Shown: positions 52,120 to 64,000 of the stretch, one piece after another | How positions within the stretch are numbered: position 1 is the stretch's first letter | Layout: every line of letters begins with the position of its first letter | Origin: Paraglomus brasilianum | Lineage: Eukaryota | Reading direction: 5' to 3' | Assembly (NCBI GenBank): GCA_910592345.1 | Contig: CAJVPI010000019.1 | Location: 1 to 64,000 of the forward strand | Length of the DNA: 64,000 nt | Notes under the pieces: model-generated | The model's input: only the letters and a program-made list of their open reading frames with translations | The model's database searches: none | Told to the model about the DNA's origin: nothing | Made by a program: the position numbers and the translations under genes

Positions 52120-53566
52120 ATGGGAGGAACTCAAAGTTCACAGTCTGGAAAAGGATATCATGTATTGAGGGTAAGTATACCACTCACTTCCCTTGTCTAT
52201 CCTACACACTCTATAACCCTATTACTCGTTTTTTCAGGTATATGACGGCTCCCCGGCTCATGAGGCAGGGATAGAGCCGTTTTTCGACTATGTTGTTGGG
52301 ATAAACGGTTTTCCTTTGGTAATGGCCAATTTTTTGATCCACACTTTGGCCGATTCTTATTATCCTTATTGATCAGTATACCAAATGATATTGCTTTTAG
52401 GACAATCCAGAAAGTAAGACATTGCAAGAGCAACTACAGGATAACATAAACAATGAAGTCATATTGTCAATATATTCAACGAAAGAACAAGAACTAAGAG
52501 GTGCTCATTTACTCTTTTCTAGAATTAGCATGCTGTAGATGATTTTTATTCGATTATCTCATTCACATGTCATATTATTAACATGATCTAAGCGTAGAGG
52601 TGACTCTCATACCCAACACAGATTGGACAACAAAACCAGAGGATGGCTTAATCGGTAACTATTGGATGAGTATGTTGAAAAAAGCAAATGACCAAATGCG
52701 GCGCTAAATCGAAACTTGTTTATGACGTAGGATTGAGCATTCGATTCTGTTCTTACGAGGTACGTAGGGCATACTATACTATTTCAACAAATTGCTATGC
52801 ATTGGATTTTTCCACTCTGCTGAACAATCACTCTCATATTTAGGCTATCAACGAACATGTTTGGCATATCCTCGATGTCGCTCCAGATAGCCCGGCTGAA
52901 ATGGCCGGATTGGTCCCATACACCGATTACATAATTGGCACTCCGCATGTCACTCTTCGTGGTGAAAGTGATCTCGACTCTCTTATCGAGTCACGTCTCG
53001 GTCGCCCTCTCCATCTGTACGTTTACAATGCTGACAGGGATGTATGTCGAGAAGTCATAATCGTGCCGAATCATGAGTGGGGTGGAGAGGGTTCGCTCGG
53101 ATGTGGGGTCGGATATGGATATCTCCATAGAATCCCTAAAGTCAAGAAGAGAAGAGGGAGCGGAGATCTAAATAATAAAGTAGCAAACGAGGTGAGGGAC
53201 GCCGTAGATCAGAAGGACGACGAGGTCAGCGCAAAAAACGGTGGCAAGGGCAAGGAGAGGCAAGATGGAAATGAAACAATAAACGAGAAGAGTCATGGTA
53301 GGTACCGGATGGGGTGATACATAACAGTCTATCGACAATTTGTAGTATTGTACGGCAATTTTCCCACCTTACAAATTGCTAACACCTGCATCGTTTCATT
53401 TTACCCATCTCTTGTATTAGAAGTCGCATATCAATCTCCACCAACAATAGTTGAAACACTGGTTGACGTGGATGAAGAGACGACTGGAAATGAAATGCCA
53501 ATACATGTTGATTCAGAGAAGCCGCCAAGTGGAGAATTACAAACTGATATCACTGCTACAGAATAA
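52120..53566 (+). CDS. GRH1: GRASP55/65 family Golgi reassembly-stacking protein (Grh1), about 7 exons
   Basis: MGGTQS (myristoylation-type N-terminus), [95 protein letters not shown]. Confidence 0.93.
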
Positions 53567-53982
53567 TGATCACAATTACAAGGTATAATTAATATTTTAT
53601 AGAAAGCATATAATGATAGGTTTCGGTAATTGTAGGTGTTTGTGGACGTAGACGTCAAGTATATTAAAAAAGTATGAAATACAATTTTTTTCAATACATA
53701 TACACATATATATATCGATTCGTACATCTGCTAAAACTTTCTCATTGATATCGTCTTGTTGTTTGAGACACGACTCAATCTTCCATATGTCTGTGCTATA
53801 CCATAGTCAGCCAGCTAAAGCCATTCGCACAGTAAATTCAATAAAGAGCATCAGCCACCCGTTTATCAACCGAAGAATACAGCTCTAATAAAGATGATCG
53901 TAAAAGAGTCAAACCCGGCATACGTTCCTCTTGTATTTCTGTTAATTACTCGAAATCATTCTTACAACTTACTTCCTTCTTG

Positions 53983-54412
53983 TTAAGCAGCCTGTTTTCC
54001 TGCGTTTATTTGATCTAATATTGCTTGCCGTCGTTTCTCCATGATGACTTTTTTATTAAAATATTTCACCTAAACAAAGCGGTTGTTCTAATTTAATAAG
54101 TCCCTCAACCCACACTCTCAGTTATAACACATATACACGCGCTCGCGCCATACACGATCTCCATACCTTCCATTCTCGGTACATACTCTAGTCCCTCATA
54201 CTCACCCAAGAGGAAGGACAAGCTCTCTTGTACTGATCATTCTTCTTTAAACATCCAAACGTTTCAGCTTTTTTCCTTAGTTCGTTTTCTTCTTCCACTT
54301 TGGTTGGATCTTCAATACCAGCCTTCTCGAGGCATGAAAAATACAGATCCCGGAAATTGTAGCACAAATCGCGTTCAGAACGAAGTAGCGGCTTTGTTTT
54401 TTGTACTGGCAT
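53983..54412 (-). CDS. COA6: Cytochrome c oxidase assembly factor 6-like (COX6B-family CX9C..CX10C protein), 2 exons 54412-54206 and 54069-53983
   Basis: RSERDLCYNFRDLYFSCL ... CLKKNDQYKRACPSSW|VKYFNKK; a GT-AG intron joins the frame; 98 aa. Confidence 0.82.
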
Positions 54413-54639
54413 TAAGAGAGTGTCGATGAAAAGCTGAAGATTGGACAAAATTTCGAGATTTTCATCAACACAGGTGCGTTGAGTGATTCCTTATCTATCA
54501 AGGCCTTAAATAACGGCGATCTCACGGAGCAGAAAATCTTGTCTTATTGGCCGAAGCACGCATCAGCTGACGAACACCGTAAGCTCGACTAGTGGTATGC
54601 TTGACAATTTCAAGATTTGCAAACCTTTTAATCTGACAA

Positions 54640-54960
54640 AAAAAACCTTCTTGTTCAAAGTTGCCTATTAAACATTCTACTCGTGAAACCAACGTTACTA
54701 TTTTTTGTTGAATGGAAAAATGGCTGAAATCCATCGAAAGCTGGTGGTTACAGAAATTGAGTAATAGTAAGCACTATCTTTGAACATTTTAAAAATATGA
54801 AGTATGACAAGATCGAAAAGTGTTGTTTCAGGTATCCCAGAAGAGGAGTATTACAAATGTTTTGAGAGTTGGGGAAAAAGGCTGCAAAGGTGTATAGACA
54901 ATGATGGTAACTACTTTGAAGAAATAAAATAGTTTATTTGGCTTTAATAACATAATTTTT
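54640..54960 (+). mobile_element. Mariner transposase relic (internally deleted)
   Basis: N-terminal HTH trace AEIHRKL (~54723) and intact C-terminus GIPEEEYYKCFESWGKRLQRCIDNDGNYFEEIK* (54831-54932); TIRs not resolved. Confidence 0.7.
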
Positions 54961-55073
54961 AGAAATCAAGGCAAACTGTATATTTTACATATTCAAATGA
55001 TCAGGCAGCTAACAGTAAACGCGTATGATTTTATTTCGAAATCCTGTTAACTCAACTATATTGACATAAGACA

Positions 55074-57574
55074 TCATATAATTCGAATGGCATTCCACAC
55101 ATTGTCATCAGAATTATCCGCCTCTCTACTAAGCTCGTTAATATTACTCTGAAGTTCATATACATCTGGACGCTTGTCGGGATCAGCATTACAACACCGC
55201 TCGGCAAGTTTCTTGTATTCATCTGGTGCAGAATCAGGCATCAATGGTCGTAGTCCGCTCATAATGTCGCATATTAAATCTCTATCGAACTGCCTATCTC
55301 TAAAAGGTGGTTCACCAGAGGCAATCAAATACATAATAATACCAAATGCATATATGTCTGATTTCCGAGTAAATTTGCGGGTATGGAAGACTTCCGGTGC
55401 AGTAAAGGATAAAACGCCTTGAATGGTTGAATTTGACTCACGCGAATTCGCCGATCGCGAGAGACCAAGATCGCATATGTATGACTTACTTACTTGGAAC
55501 TCTTTTTCTGTCGCGTCATTGTCTTCGTCATCACCGTCTTCGTCATCATTGTCTTTGTCATCATCATCTTCGTCATCGTCTTCATCGTCTTCACCATTGT
55601 AATTGTCATCAAGAACAATGTTTCCGCCATGAAGATCGCAATGCACCAATCCTGCATCATGAATAGTCCACAGATCATCCGCAATCTTATACAAACACTG
55701 TAATTTCATCCTCCATGTCAACTTGTTAATATTTTGATCCAAATAAGACAAAAGATTACCATTGTTAGCATATTGCATAACAATCATGTACTCTTTTGAT
55801 TCTGGGCCTTGTGTGAATCCATAAATTTGAAGGAACAAACGATTATTTGAACACTTGGCATGATTTCTGAACTATTAAATAAAATAAATACAGCGTCAAA
55901 TTAAATATCGCTTTAATTAATTATTAAGATTAATAAAGGTTACTTACCTCAGAAATAAATAATTCTGGCATTCCATCAAAACTCTTAAACCGTTTGAGTA
56001 CAACAGTTTGTGGCATATCCTCTTCTAAATACTTTTTATATTTAGCGGAATAGACTGTTGCATAACATCCAGATCCAATTTCCTTAATTCCATTAAAGTC
56101 AGTATATGGAATATACTTGACAAGTGAATTAGTTTTCATAAATTTGTCCAATACTACATGTATGTGGTAAAACACTAGATAATATTCACGAGAAGATGGT
56201 TCTCGAGTGATCCCAATTATCCAAATATTATCCAGAGCCAATATTTCGGGGTATTCCTTGGTTAGCTGTTTGAGTAAATAAAATAGTCATTACAACAATA
56301 ATCAATGTTAATGCACGATATACACTTATCAATTGCACAAAATAATTTACCTGATAAAAATCAAATAATGGATTGTTTTGTTCATCAACTATCTTTTTGA
56401 GTGTCACGTGTGTCAATTCATTTGTTGCCGGCTCTAACCAATCTGCTATATACGTGCATCTATGGGGTAATGATGTCATCTCTTGTACGTTTGATAATTG
56501 AGAGTATTCGATCCATTGTATATAAGCATCGTTTTCCCTCGCCATATTACTCCACGACTGCATAATGAATGAATCCAAAGACTTGTTGCCAGTCGTCCAA
56601 TCAACAGGTCTTGGTGCTTTACATTTATAACAAAATGCTTTTATCACAGGTTCTAATTGATCTGCACACGCCAGACATAATCCATCGTCAACTTTTATGA
56701 GACAATACTTTTGTATACTTGCATCATAAGTGAATCCGATGGTAACCCAAACATCCGTGGTAAGAATATCTGGATACTTATCACATAACTAGAGGAAATG
56801 ATACATAATAATAAGTTAAACTATTCAATAAACATGACGCAAAAGTAAATAGTTTACCTCGGCATAATATAAATCATGTGTCTCGTCTGTTATTTCAAGT
56901 GGAATCAATTTAACCTTTGCATGATAACGAGTAATAGGTAGACCATACAACCATATATGACCCCAATTACAATATTCAATATAATCGAATGGAATCCATT
57001 CCAAATAGGCATCATTTGGTGAGTTTGTTTGTAATTGAGATTTCTTAATAAACTCATCGATTTGCTTGTTGTTGCTAATCCATCCATTGGATAATTGTTT
57101 ATGTCCGCAAATGCACCACACAGGACTACATCGGAGTATTCCACATGCGGAGCAGTATCCATATCGAGAATAACAACCGTAAAATTTTCTATCAGCAACC
57201 ATGTAATAGTCGCTATCATACTTGGTACATCCATATATTTTGTCATTGCGGTATTCAAGCCATTTGGAATATCTTCTGAACTGATTAACATCATTGTCGT
57301 ACTTGTGTGTTGTAGTTGGAAGTGAGTATATTCTAGCAAACTCACTCACAAGTGTTGGTGTGCATTCTTCTTTACTTCCAAGGAATACCAGTATTATTAT
57401 TCTTTCAACGACTTCACCATCGTATAGTGTGTATCTGTAAGTAGCGTTGTAGATGTTGTCAACTTGAGTTGGTTTTATGTCGATGATTTCTTCGTAAGGA
57501 ATCCATGTAATATCCAAGGAGGATTGGACCAAGTTGTCAATTGCTGGATTGTTAACCCCTGGAACTAATGACAT
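55074..57574 (-). CDS. Tyrosine-kinase-like (TKL) protein kinase of the type expanded in Glomeromycotina, 4 exons
   Basis: EIGSGCYATVY, VVLK, IVMQYANNGNL, HCDLHGGNIVL, ICDLGL, GVLSFTAPEV, SDIYAFGIIM, CCNADPDKRP. Exons ~57574-56858, 56789-56351, 56265-55948, 55872-55074. Confidence 0.9.
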
Positions 57575-57861
57575 CGTTTGAATAAGTACAATCACGGAGA
57601 GAGAGCATTCGCAATGTTTTACACTAATACCCGATCCGTGTGTAACGCTTGGGTATATTGCCAAATTTGGCATATATCAGGGGAGGTACAATTTCGCATT
57701 AGTGACATTTGAATAGTTTTAACAATTATAATATTAACATTAACATCAGATCGTATCATTAAATAACATATCCCTCATTCAACGTTGTAAATCGAGCAAC
57801 TAATCATTCGCCAGTACCATTAATTACGTAAACTTATTTAAATTCGGATACTGTTACGTGA

Positions 57862-58503
57862 TCAATCCTCAGACTTTGATGCTAGGCATCGAAATGTGGT
57901 TGTGTTATGACATATTAATCGCCAAATTTCTTGTAGACAGTCTCGGATCACGACGCAAATATTGACTATTGCTTTCGATTCGTGTGCGGCAATTTTCTTG
58001 GGACGACCACTTGCTGATTTTCTTGAATTTTCATTCAGTTTTTTAAGATTATAATAGATAGTTGATTTTGTGATGCCAGTCTTGGAATGTATTTCTTCTG
58101 CAGAAATAATTATATTCAGCCACAAGTTCAATATGGTTGGGCGTCTTTATTAGAAGATGTCATTTGTAACAGCCATTTAAACTTTATTTGTTTACGAAAA
58201 AGTTATTAACATTTGAAGCACGCGAAAAAAAAAAATCAAACCCTTTGTTACACACTGTAAATCGTAATCAAGCATATTAATATCTTATTTAATTCGATAT
58301 TAATTTCACACGGTCCTTTAACGTACATTGTTTCTCTTGAAGCCTTTAAATATGGTGCTCTGATTATTAACGCGGTCGTTTCCAAGCCTTGACTCCAACC
58401 GAAATGTGACTTATGACTGTCGAGTAATTTTACTGGTATTCTCAGGAAACCCCACAAAAAGTTTACATGTACTTTAGAAAAATAACTGTGTCCAACCTCC
58501 GTG
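57862..58503 (-). mobile_element. Truncated Tc1-like element (5' end and HTH region)
   Basis: SAEEIHSKTGITKSTIYYNLKK...SGRPKKI (paired-like HTH with GRP motif); TIR-like end cacggaggttggacacagttatttt at ~58503. Confidence 0.6.
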
Positions 58504-58651
58504 CAATTTTTATTCAATAACGCGGCGAACGTATTAGACTTACCATTACAAAATAGTTAATCCAAAATGTATTACAAAAAAGACTTACGTGCTTTCTAAC
58601 ATTGAAATTAATCTATCTCAGGTCAGCAATATGGCTTTCTCACTATGTTAT

Positions 58652-59296
58652 ATTGTCTATTCAATAGTAATTGAACACTCCTAATTCGGGACAAAAACGA
58701 GTAAATGCTTTGAAAATTTCCGTGCGTGTAGTGTATTATAAACCCTGGTTTTCAGCTTGATCGAATGTCTGGCAAATTTTTAAATATCAAATATTTTACT
58801 TTCGAGGTATCAGACTATACGCTATTTCGGCCATAGAAATTAAAAATTCATATCTCGACACATTTCTAACCAAATTCCCACCATCAGAATGCATTTATAT
58901 AATTTTTGAACAAATTGCTATGTGATTGCTGCTGCAGAATGCAAATAATTGTGCGGCATAATGACACTGATTGGATATCATGCGTTTATTGCCAAGGATA
59001 ACAAGGATTTTTCTTCTAATTCAACCATACATCTCAAGAAATACATAGAGAAGATCTGATAAGCAAAGCAAAAATTGTGCAAATCTGTTAGAAACACGTG
59101 AATTTTTAAAGCTCATGTTCGAATAGATGTGCCGTTTTGATATGTTTTAGAGACAAATAATGAATGTTTGGAAATTTTGATGGAGACATCCGACCGAGCT
59201 GAAATTTTACAGTTTATGATACACTATACATGCGGGAATTTAAAGCATTTACTCATTCCTGTCCCGAATTAGGGAGGTTACTTTTGAACAGTGCTG
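58652..59296. mobile_element. Tc1/mariner-type MITE with degenerate TIRs
   Basis: cctaattcgggacaaaaacgagtaaatgcttt (~58680) versus aaagcatttactcattcctgtcccgaattagg (~59242-59273); right end ...gaacagtgctg|TA. Confidence 0.65.
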
Positions 59297-60037
59297 TATA
59301 CTCACTGACTGTATACGTTCAAATTTGATTCACGGTGTAGCTTACAACCACCTAACTGCCATTCATTAATATCTAATTCTAAATATTTATACAATAAGTT
59401 TAGTTGTAAAACGTAAAACCTCACCTTACCTGTTGTTTTTCCGTGACTATGACAGTCCGACGTTTGCAAATTTATAGATTACATACAATAGGCAGTATGC
59501 TGTTATGGTAGTTTCACAAAAAACGTTAAAACAAACTAATCCAAAATTCATATTTAATTGTAATTTTAAAACGGTTATGTGGATCTCAGCATCAACCCCC
59601 ACAATAACTGTCAATAAATTTAAATATACTGTATTACTATTACATGCAATTGTATTTACATACTGCAAAGCCCCAAAAGGTTTCAGATTATACAGAAGTA
59701 GTAAATTTTATAATAATTCAACAAATAAGTTACATTGTCTGATAGGAATAAAATTTAGCCTGCACTCGCAGACGGGGCCGCTTTGCGAGAGCGGTGGGCG
59801 GCCAGGGGCTCTTCGATGAGGCAAGACCACGAGCAGGAAAGTCTTTTACATAAGATAATCTGCAGCGAAGTACATTAACGAGTCACCTGATGTACAAAGT
59901 AAATCGATATTGCATTATCACAAGAAGTATCGAGCCATCTAGTTTTATCGTTCGTACACGTTGACTAATGCTAAGATTTACTGTAATAGCTCTTAGTCTC
60001 AACTTTCATAGACAACAAACGGTTAATACATACACTC

Positions 60038-60308
60038 AAGTATCCGATGGGAAGTTTATGCAAAATCCAGTTCAATGACCATAAAAATTTTATGCCATTT
60101 TGTGTAGCTTAGGCTTTCATGAATCTGCATGTAAAATGTTGAAGTGTTTAGCTTTCTTGAACGATGAATTATTAACCAGAAGGTAATTAAAATCAATTTT
60201 GCCGATTAAAAATTTATATTAACGAAAGAAGAAATTAAACATAAATTTGTAAACACACCCAAATACAAATAAATATTATAGCAAATACAAACGTGTATCT
60301 TATTCTCG

Positions 60309-60342
<34 letters not shown>

Positions 60343-60912
60343 TAAAGATGAATCATCAAGATTATATTAGAATTTTATATGAAAATCTTTTGTCTTTGAT
60401 TCAATGGAAAAGATTATGCTTTTCAAGATAACAATGCTTCTGTACATGTGCATACAGCAAAAGGTGTTACCAATTGGATTAGGGAAAAGGAGATCAAGAT
60501 TTTACCTGACTGGCCGTCTCGATCTTCTGACCTTACTCCAATTGAACAACTTTGGGATAAGCCTGAAGGCGGCTAAATAACCGTAAAAAACGCCCAAAAA
60601 ACTTCGAGATTGCTCTGAAAGAGGAATTGTCATTGATTTCTCATCAACCGTATTCCAATTTGATTAAGGGTATGCGAAGAGGCTTGAGGCACGTATCTTG
60701 AAAATGGATAGCCAAATTTCGGTACTAAAATAAAGATCGGCGAAATTAATTTTAATTACCTTTTGTTTAATAATTCATCGTTCCTAAACACTTCAACATT
60801 TTACATGCAAATTCATGAAAAGCTAAGCTACAAAATGATGTAAAAAATTTTTTTATGGTCATTGCACTGGATTTTGCATAAACTTAAAAAAAAAAACTCC
60901 CATCGGATACTT
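60038..60912 (+). mobile_element. Tc1 (DD34E-type) deletion derivative with ~170-bp TIRs
   Basis: Long inverted arms (aagtatccgatggg...ttgccgat / atcggcgaa...cccatcggatactt). Internal FQDNNASVH...WIREKEIKILPDWPSRSSDLTPIEQLWDK matches the Tc1 WPxxSPDLNPIExLW motif. Confidence 0.88.
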
Positions 60913-61475
60913 TCTTCCAGGGAGTGTATGTATTATGTTTGTCAGCCTTTGTCGCTCGTTTCTTTTTTCCTTTTTTTTTTTTTTTTTGAGACATACTTCC
61001 AACTAAACAGCAAAAAAAATAATAATAGAGCACCACGCTTGTGACGATATTATAATAGATGCAGAAGAACTCAGTGATCTTATCATGATATACTGTAACA
61101 ACAATTAAATTTGTCCCTTCCCACAATGCAATCTGCAGTTCTTCCAAGCTTTCGTCAACATGCGATTTGCTGCCGTTGTTATTGGTGAAGTAGTTTCTAA
61201 TCAGTCTTCCCAAGTTTTAAGTATAAACCTTTGATGAGGTTTAAGTTTGGTTATTGACTTGGCTAACAAGTTAATTTTTTTTTCTCAACCCATTTGATAC
61301 TTGTAATGAAAGTATACCTCAAAAAATCGAAGAACCAAGACTTGCTAATGGGCATTAACGATTTATTATAGATTCACGATAATTTGAACTAAAAGCCATT
61401 AAAAATGTAGTTTTAATTAATATTAATTTACACTAATGTTGAACAATTAATAAAGTTAATACTTTTGTCCAGGTA

Positions 61476-61562
61476 TGTTGTACCTCAGTTCGGGACCATC
61501 TCAGTCCAGAACCCAGTCATCTCAATCTAGAACTGAGACAAGTCCCAAACTGAGGTACAACA
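61476..61562. mobile_element. MITE with TGTTG...CAACA ends (copy 2, shorter)
   Basis: Same TIR as 48619-48745 with 1 mismatch; 87 bp. Confidence 0.85.
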
Positions 61563-64000
61563 AATATAACAAAAGCTTTCTAATGTGCAATTTATTAGAA
61601 AGCCGCATGGAAACTTTTATCGTACGGAAAAAGCGCCGCTAATATTAGTTTTTCGTATACGTCATATCTACGGTAGACCCCATCCGTATTCGCATTTATC
61701 CTTAGTCCTAATGCATGCTCGCCATAATCCTACACGTGCAATAGTACATGCACAGCCGAATTGCTGGCACCCCTCGCCGTAGTACTATGTCAATTCTATT
61801 TCCACGAATGCATGCCTTCTTTTCGATCGGCGGGAGAAGGAGTTGACTGCTAAGGATCTAGTACCAATTGTTGAATGGAGAGAGTAGAGACTTAAAGTTG
61901 TTAAAATTGGGCATGAAGCTTGTTAAATACACATAACTCCAGCATTTGAGATTGTTGTATATGGGCATTGTCATGTTTCAATCGCAAACGAGCCAATTAA
62001 AACAAATTTCTGCGAATACTGTCATATTGGCAGTTCAAAGCACATTTGACTTTCAATAAAAGTTAGGTAGGGTAGCACTTACAAATTCGGTATCTTAATT
62101 ACCCAAAGGTTCATACGGGTAATATCCGAGGACCTCATAGGAAATAACCCCCTTCTCTTCTTCTCTCTCCAAAGCTGAATTTGATTGATAACGCGAATAA
62201 AAATGTACAGGTGTCAATAAATTGGTTCCTAGTGAGAATGAAACCGTATTAGGTTCCGACGAAATATTGAGACGAGTAAAACAACATAATGTTGAACACA
62301 AAAATTGCATCAATTTGCGTTTGCACCACTCATCGTTCGGTAGTTACTAAATTATCCGAAACAATGAAGAAAGCAGACTTTGACGTTAAGTGTAGCTCAT
62401 TATCGCATTAGAACAATAGTCAAACGAATGATATTTTGTGTTTCAAGAAGAGAAGAATTGTGAGACAACAACTATAAAAGGTATACCACAAAGAGTCAAG
62501 CATTTATTAAAAGTCAACATTGGAACCTGTAGATATTGTCCATGAATAATATTGTCCTTCGGCGGATATCCCAACCACAAACAAACCAAGAAAATATTGA
62601 CCTAAAAGAAGCGAGACAAAATTGTATTTACCCTGACAATGTTAAAGATAGTGAAACCACAGTGGCCATTGCGACCAATCAATTAGGTAGCCATCTTAAC
62701 GACAGTTCTTTTTTCCTCAGACTGACCAGAAATAGTGTTACATAAGTATACGCAAATCGATGATCATACTCGTGCTCGATTGTTGTTAAGTTAATGGGCA
62801 GTAAGCTTAACTATTGCCTAGAATCACGCACTACGTCATACAACATATCAGATTATGTTGCACGTAACATGTGTTTCTATTTATTAAGTTCCTCTTTTCC
62901 CTCTAAGATGAAAACACTTGCAGTGACCTTAGTAATCAATTTTGAGCCAATCATCCAATGGGTGAGAAGGAGGGAGAGCATTATGAGGGTTTGCACGCCC
63001 TTTGCTAAATCTAGATTCACCTCGCTCTCTTGATAGAGGAATTTTAAATAGCCAATGTCAAAAACACTTACTCATTCATTTTATATCACAGCGCAGTATA
63101 CGGCTTTCTTAAAATACATATTTAATGTTTATTAATAACTATTATTACAGGCCTATCGCTTTCCCCATTGTGTGTATTGTATGTTATTATGTAACCACAT
63201 GTGCCACAGCCGGAGTCATTGCATGACCTGCTGCGTATTTCGTTGTGTTAGACCATTGATGGATATATAAGTAAGTCCGAACAAAAGTTGTAAAACGTAA
63301 ACGTGAGTTACAGTGATAGGTTTTCAGGAGGTTCAGGAGATAACATTCTCCCCATTCCCCATTCAGAAAGCATTGAATGCGTAAGATAATTGCCTATATC
63401 CACAGATATCCACAGACGATTGGTATTCAACCTTTTTAATCTTATTTTTATATCCAATTTTTTCCTGCATTTAATAAAACATTCGATAGTAATACCATAT
63501 AATGTAATTTCTCGGCACAAATCTCCCTTAGTTTGACCTCATTCGTTATTTTATTTTTACTCTCTAGACAAACGAACTAATAGCGTTGCAATTATTCCTG
63601 TAAAGCTATTTTCTAATCCTTACAGAATATTGTTCTATCCGGTAGGGCATATCAATTTATCATGAAACATGACTCTGCAGAGTAAATTAAATACATAGAG
63701 TTCGAGGGCACATAAACCCAAAAAGGTTGTTTTGAGATATACGTAACTCATTCACCATAACCATTGTTATGTTGACCTAAACTAATGTCCATCTCAAAGC
63801 ATTCATTCCCTCTTCCAAAATTGCTATTCCAGATGGCCTTTCCCCACCCCCTTCCCCTAATTCCTGACGTTGGAAAAGGGTAAATGTGCCCCTAGACGCA
63901 CGTCCCTTTTTTTCAAAATTTCCGACATGCCACGAGACGATCGGAATGTGGTAATCGGACAGCAACGGTTGGCCAAAGTATCAAGAACTTGACACAATGC

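Noticed and set aside
61600..63030. Possible decayed gene (Cys-rich minus-strand peptide YYGEGCQQFGCAC...)
   Set aside because: No coherent exon chain or known motif could be built.

Overview
Intron-rich, AT-rich fungal genomic DNA, most consistent with Glomeromycotina/Mucoromycota. This is an inference from the TKL-type kinase, short GT-AG introns and the transposon types. Positions 1-2.8 kb hold a decayed Fanzor/TnpB-like RuvC nuclease gene, followed by nested TA-targeting pogo/Tc1-type MITEs, and bracketed by a perfect 77-bp inverted repeat. 3.5-22.9 kb is a compact housekeeping block: AFG1-like ATPase, chitin synthase, PQ-loop transporter, intronless HNH/YisB-like protein, caprin-like RGG protein, MINDY deubiquitinase and signal peptide peptidase. 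22.9-43 kb is a ~20-kb gene desert with TE and pseudogene debris, a hairpin minisatellite, an interstitial (TTAGGG)4 and SSRs, lying upstream of an intronless homeobox gene (43002-45053). 52-57.6 kb carries GRASP/Grh1, COA6-like and a multi-module TKL kinase. 57.8-61.6 kb contains Tc1/mariner relics and a TGTTG..CAACA MITE. No rRNA, tRNA or CRISPR array was recognised. All family calls come from motif recognition by eye, not database searches.
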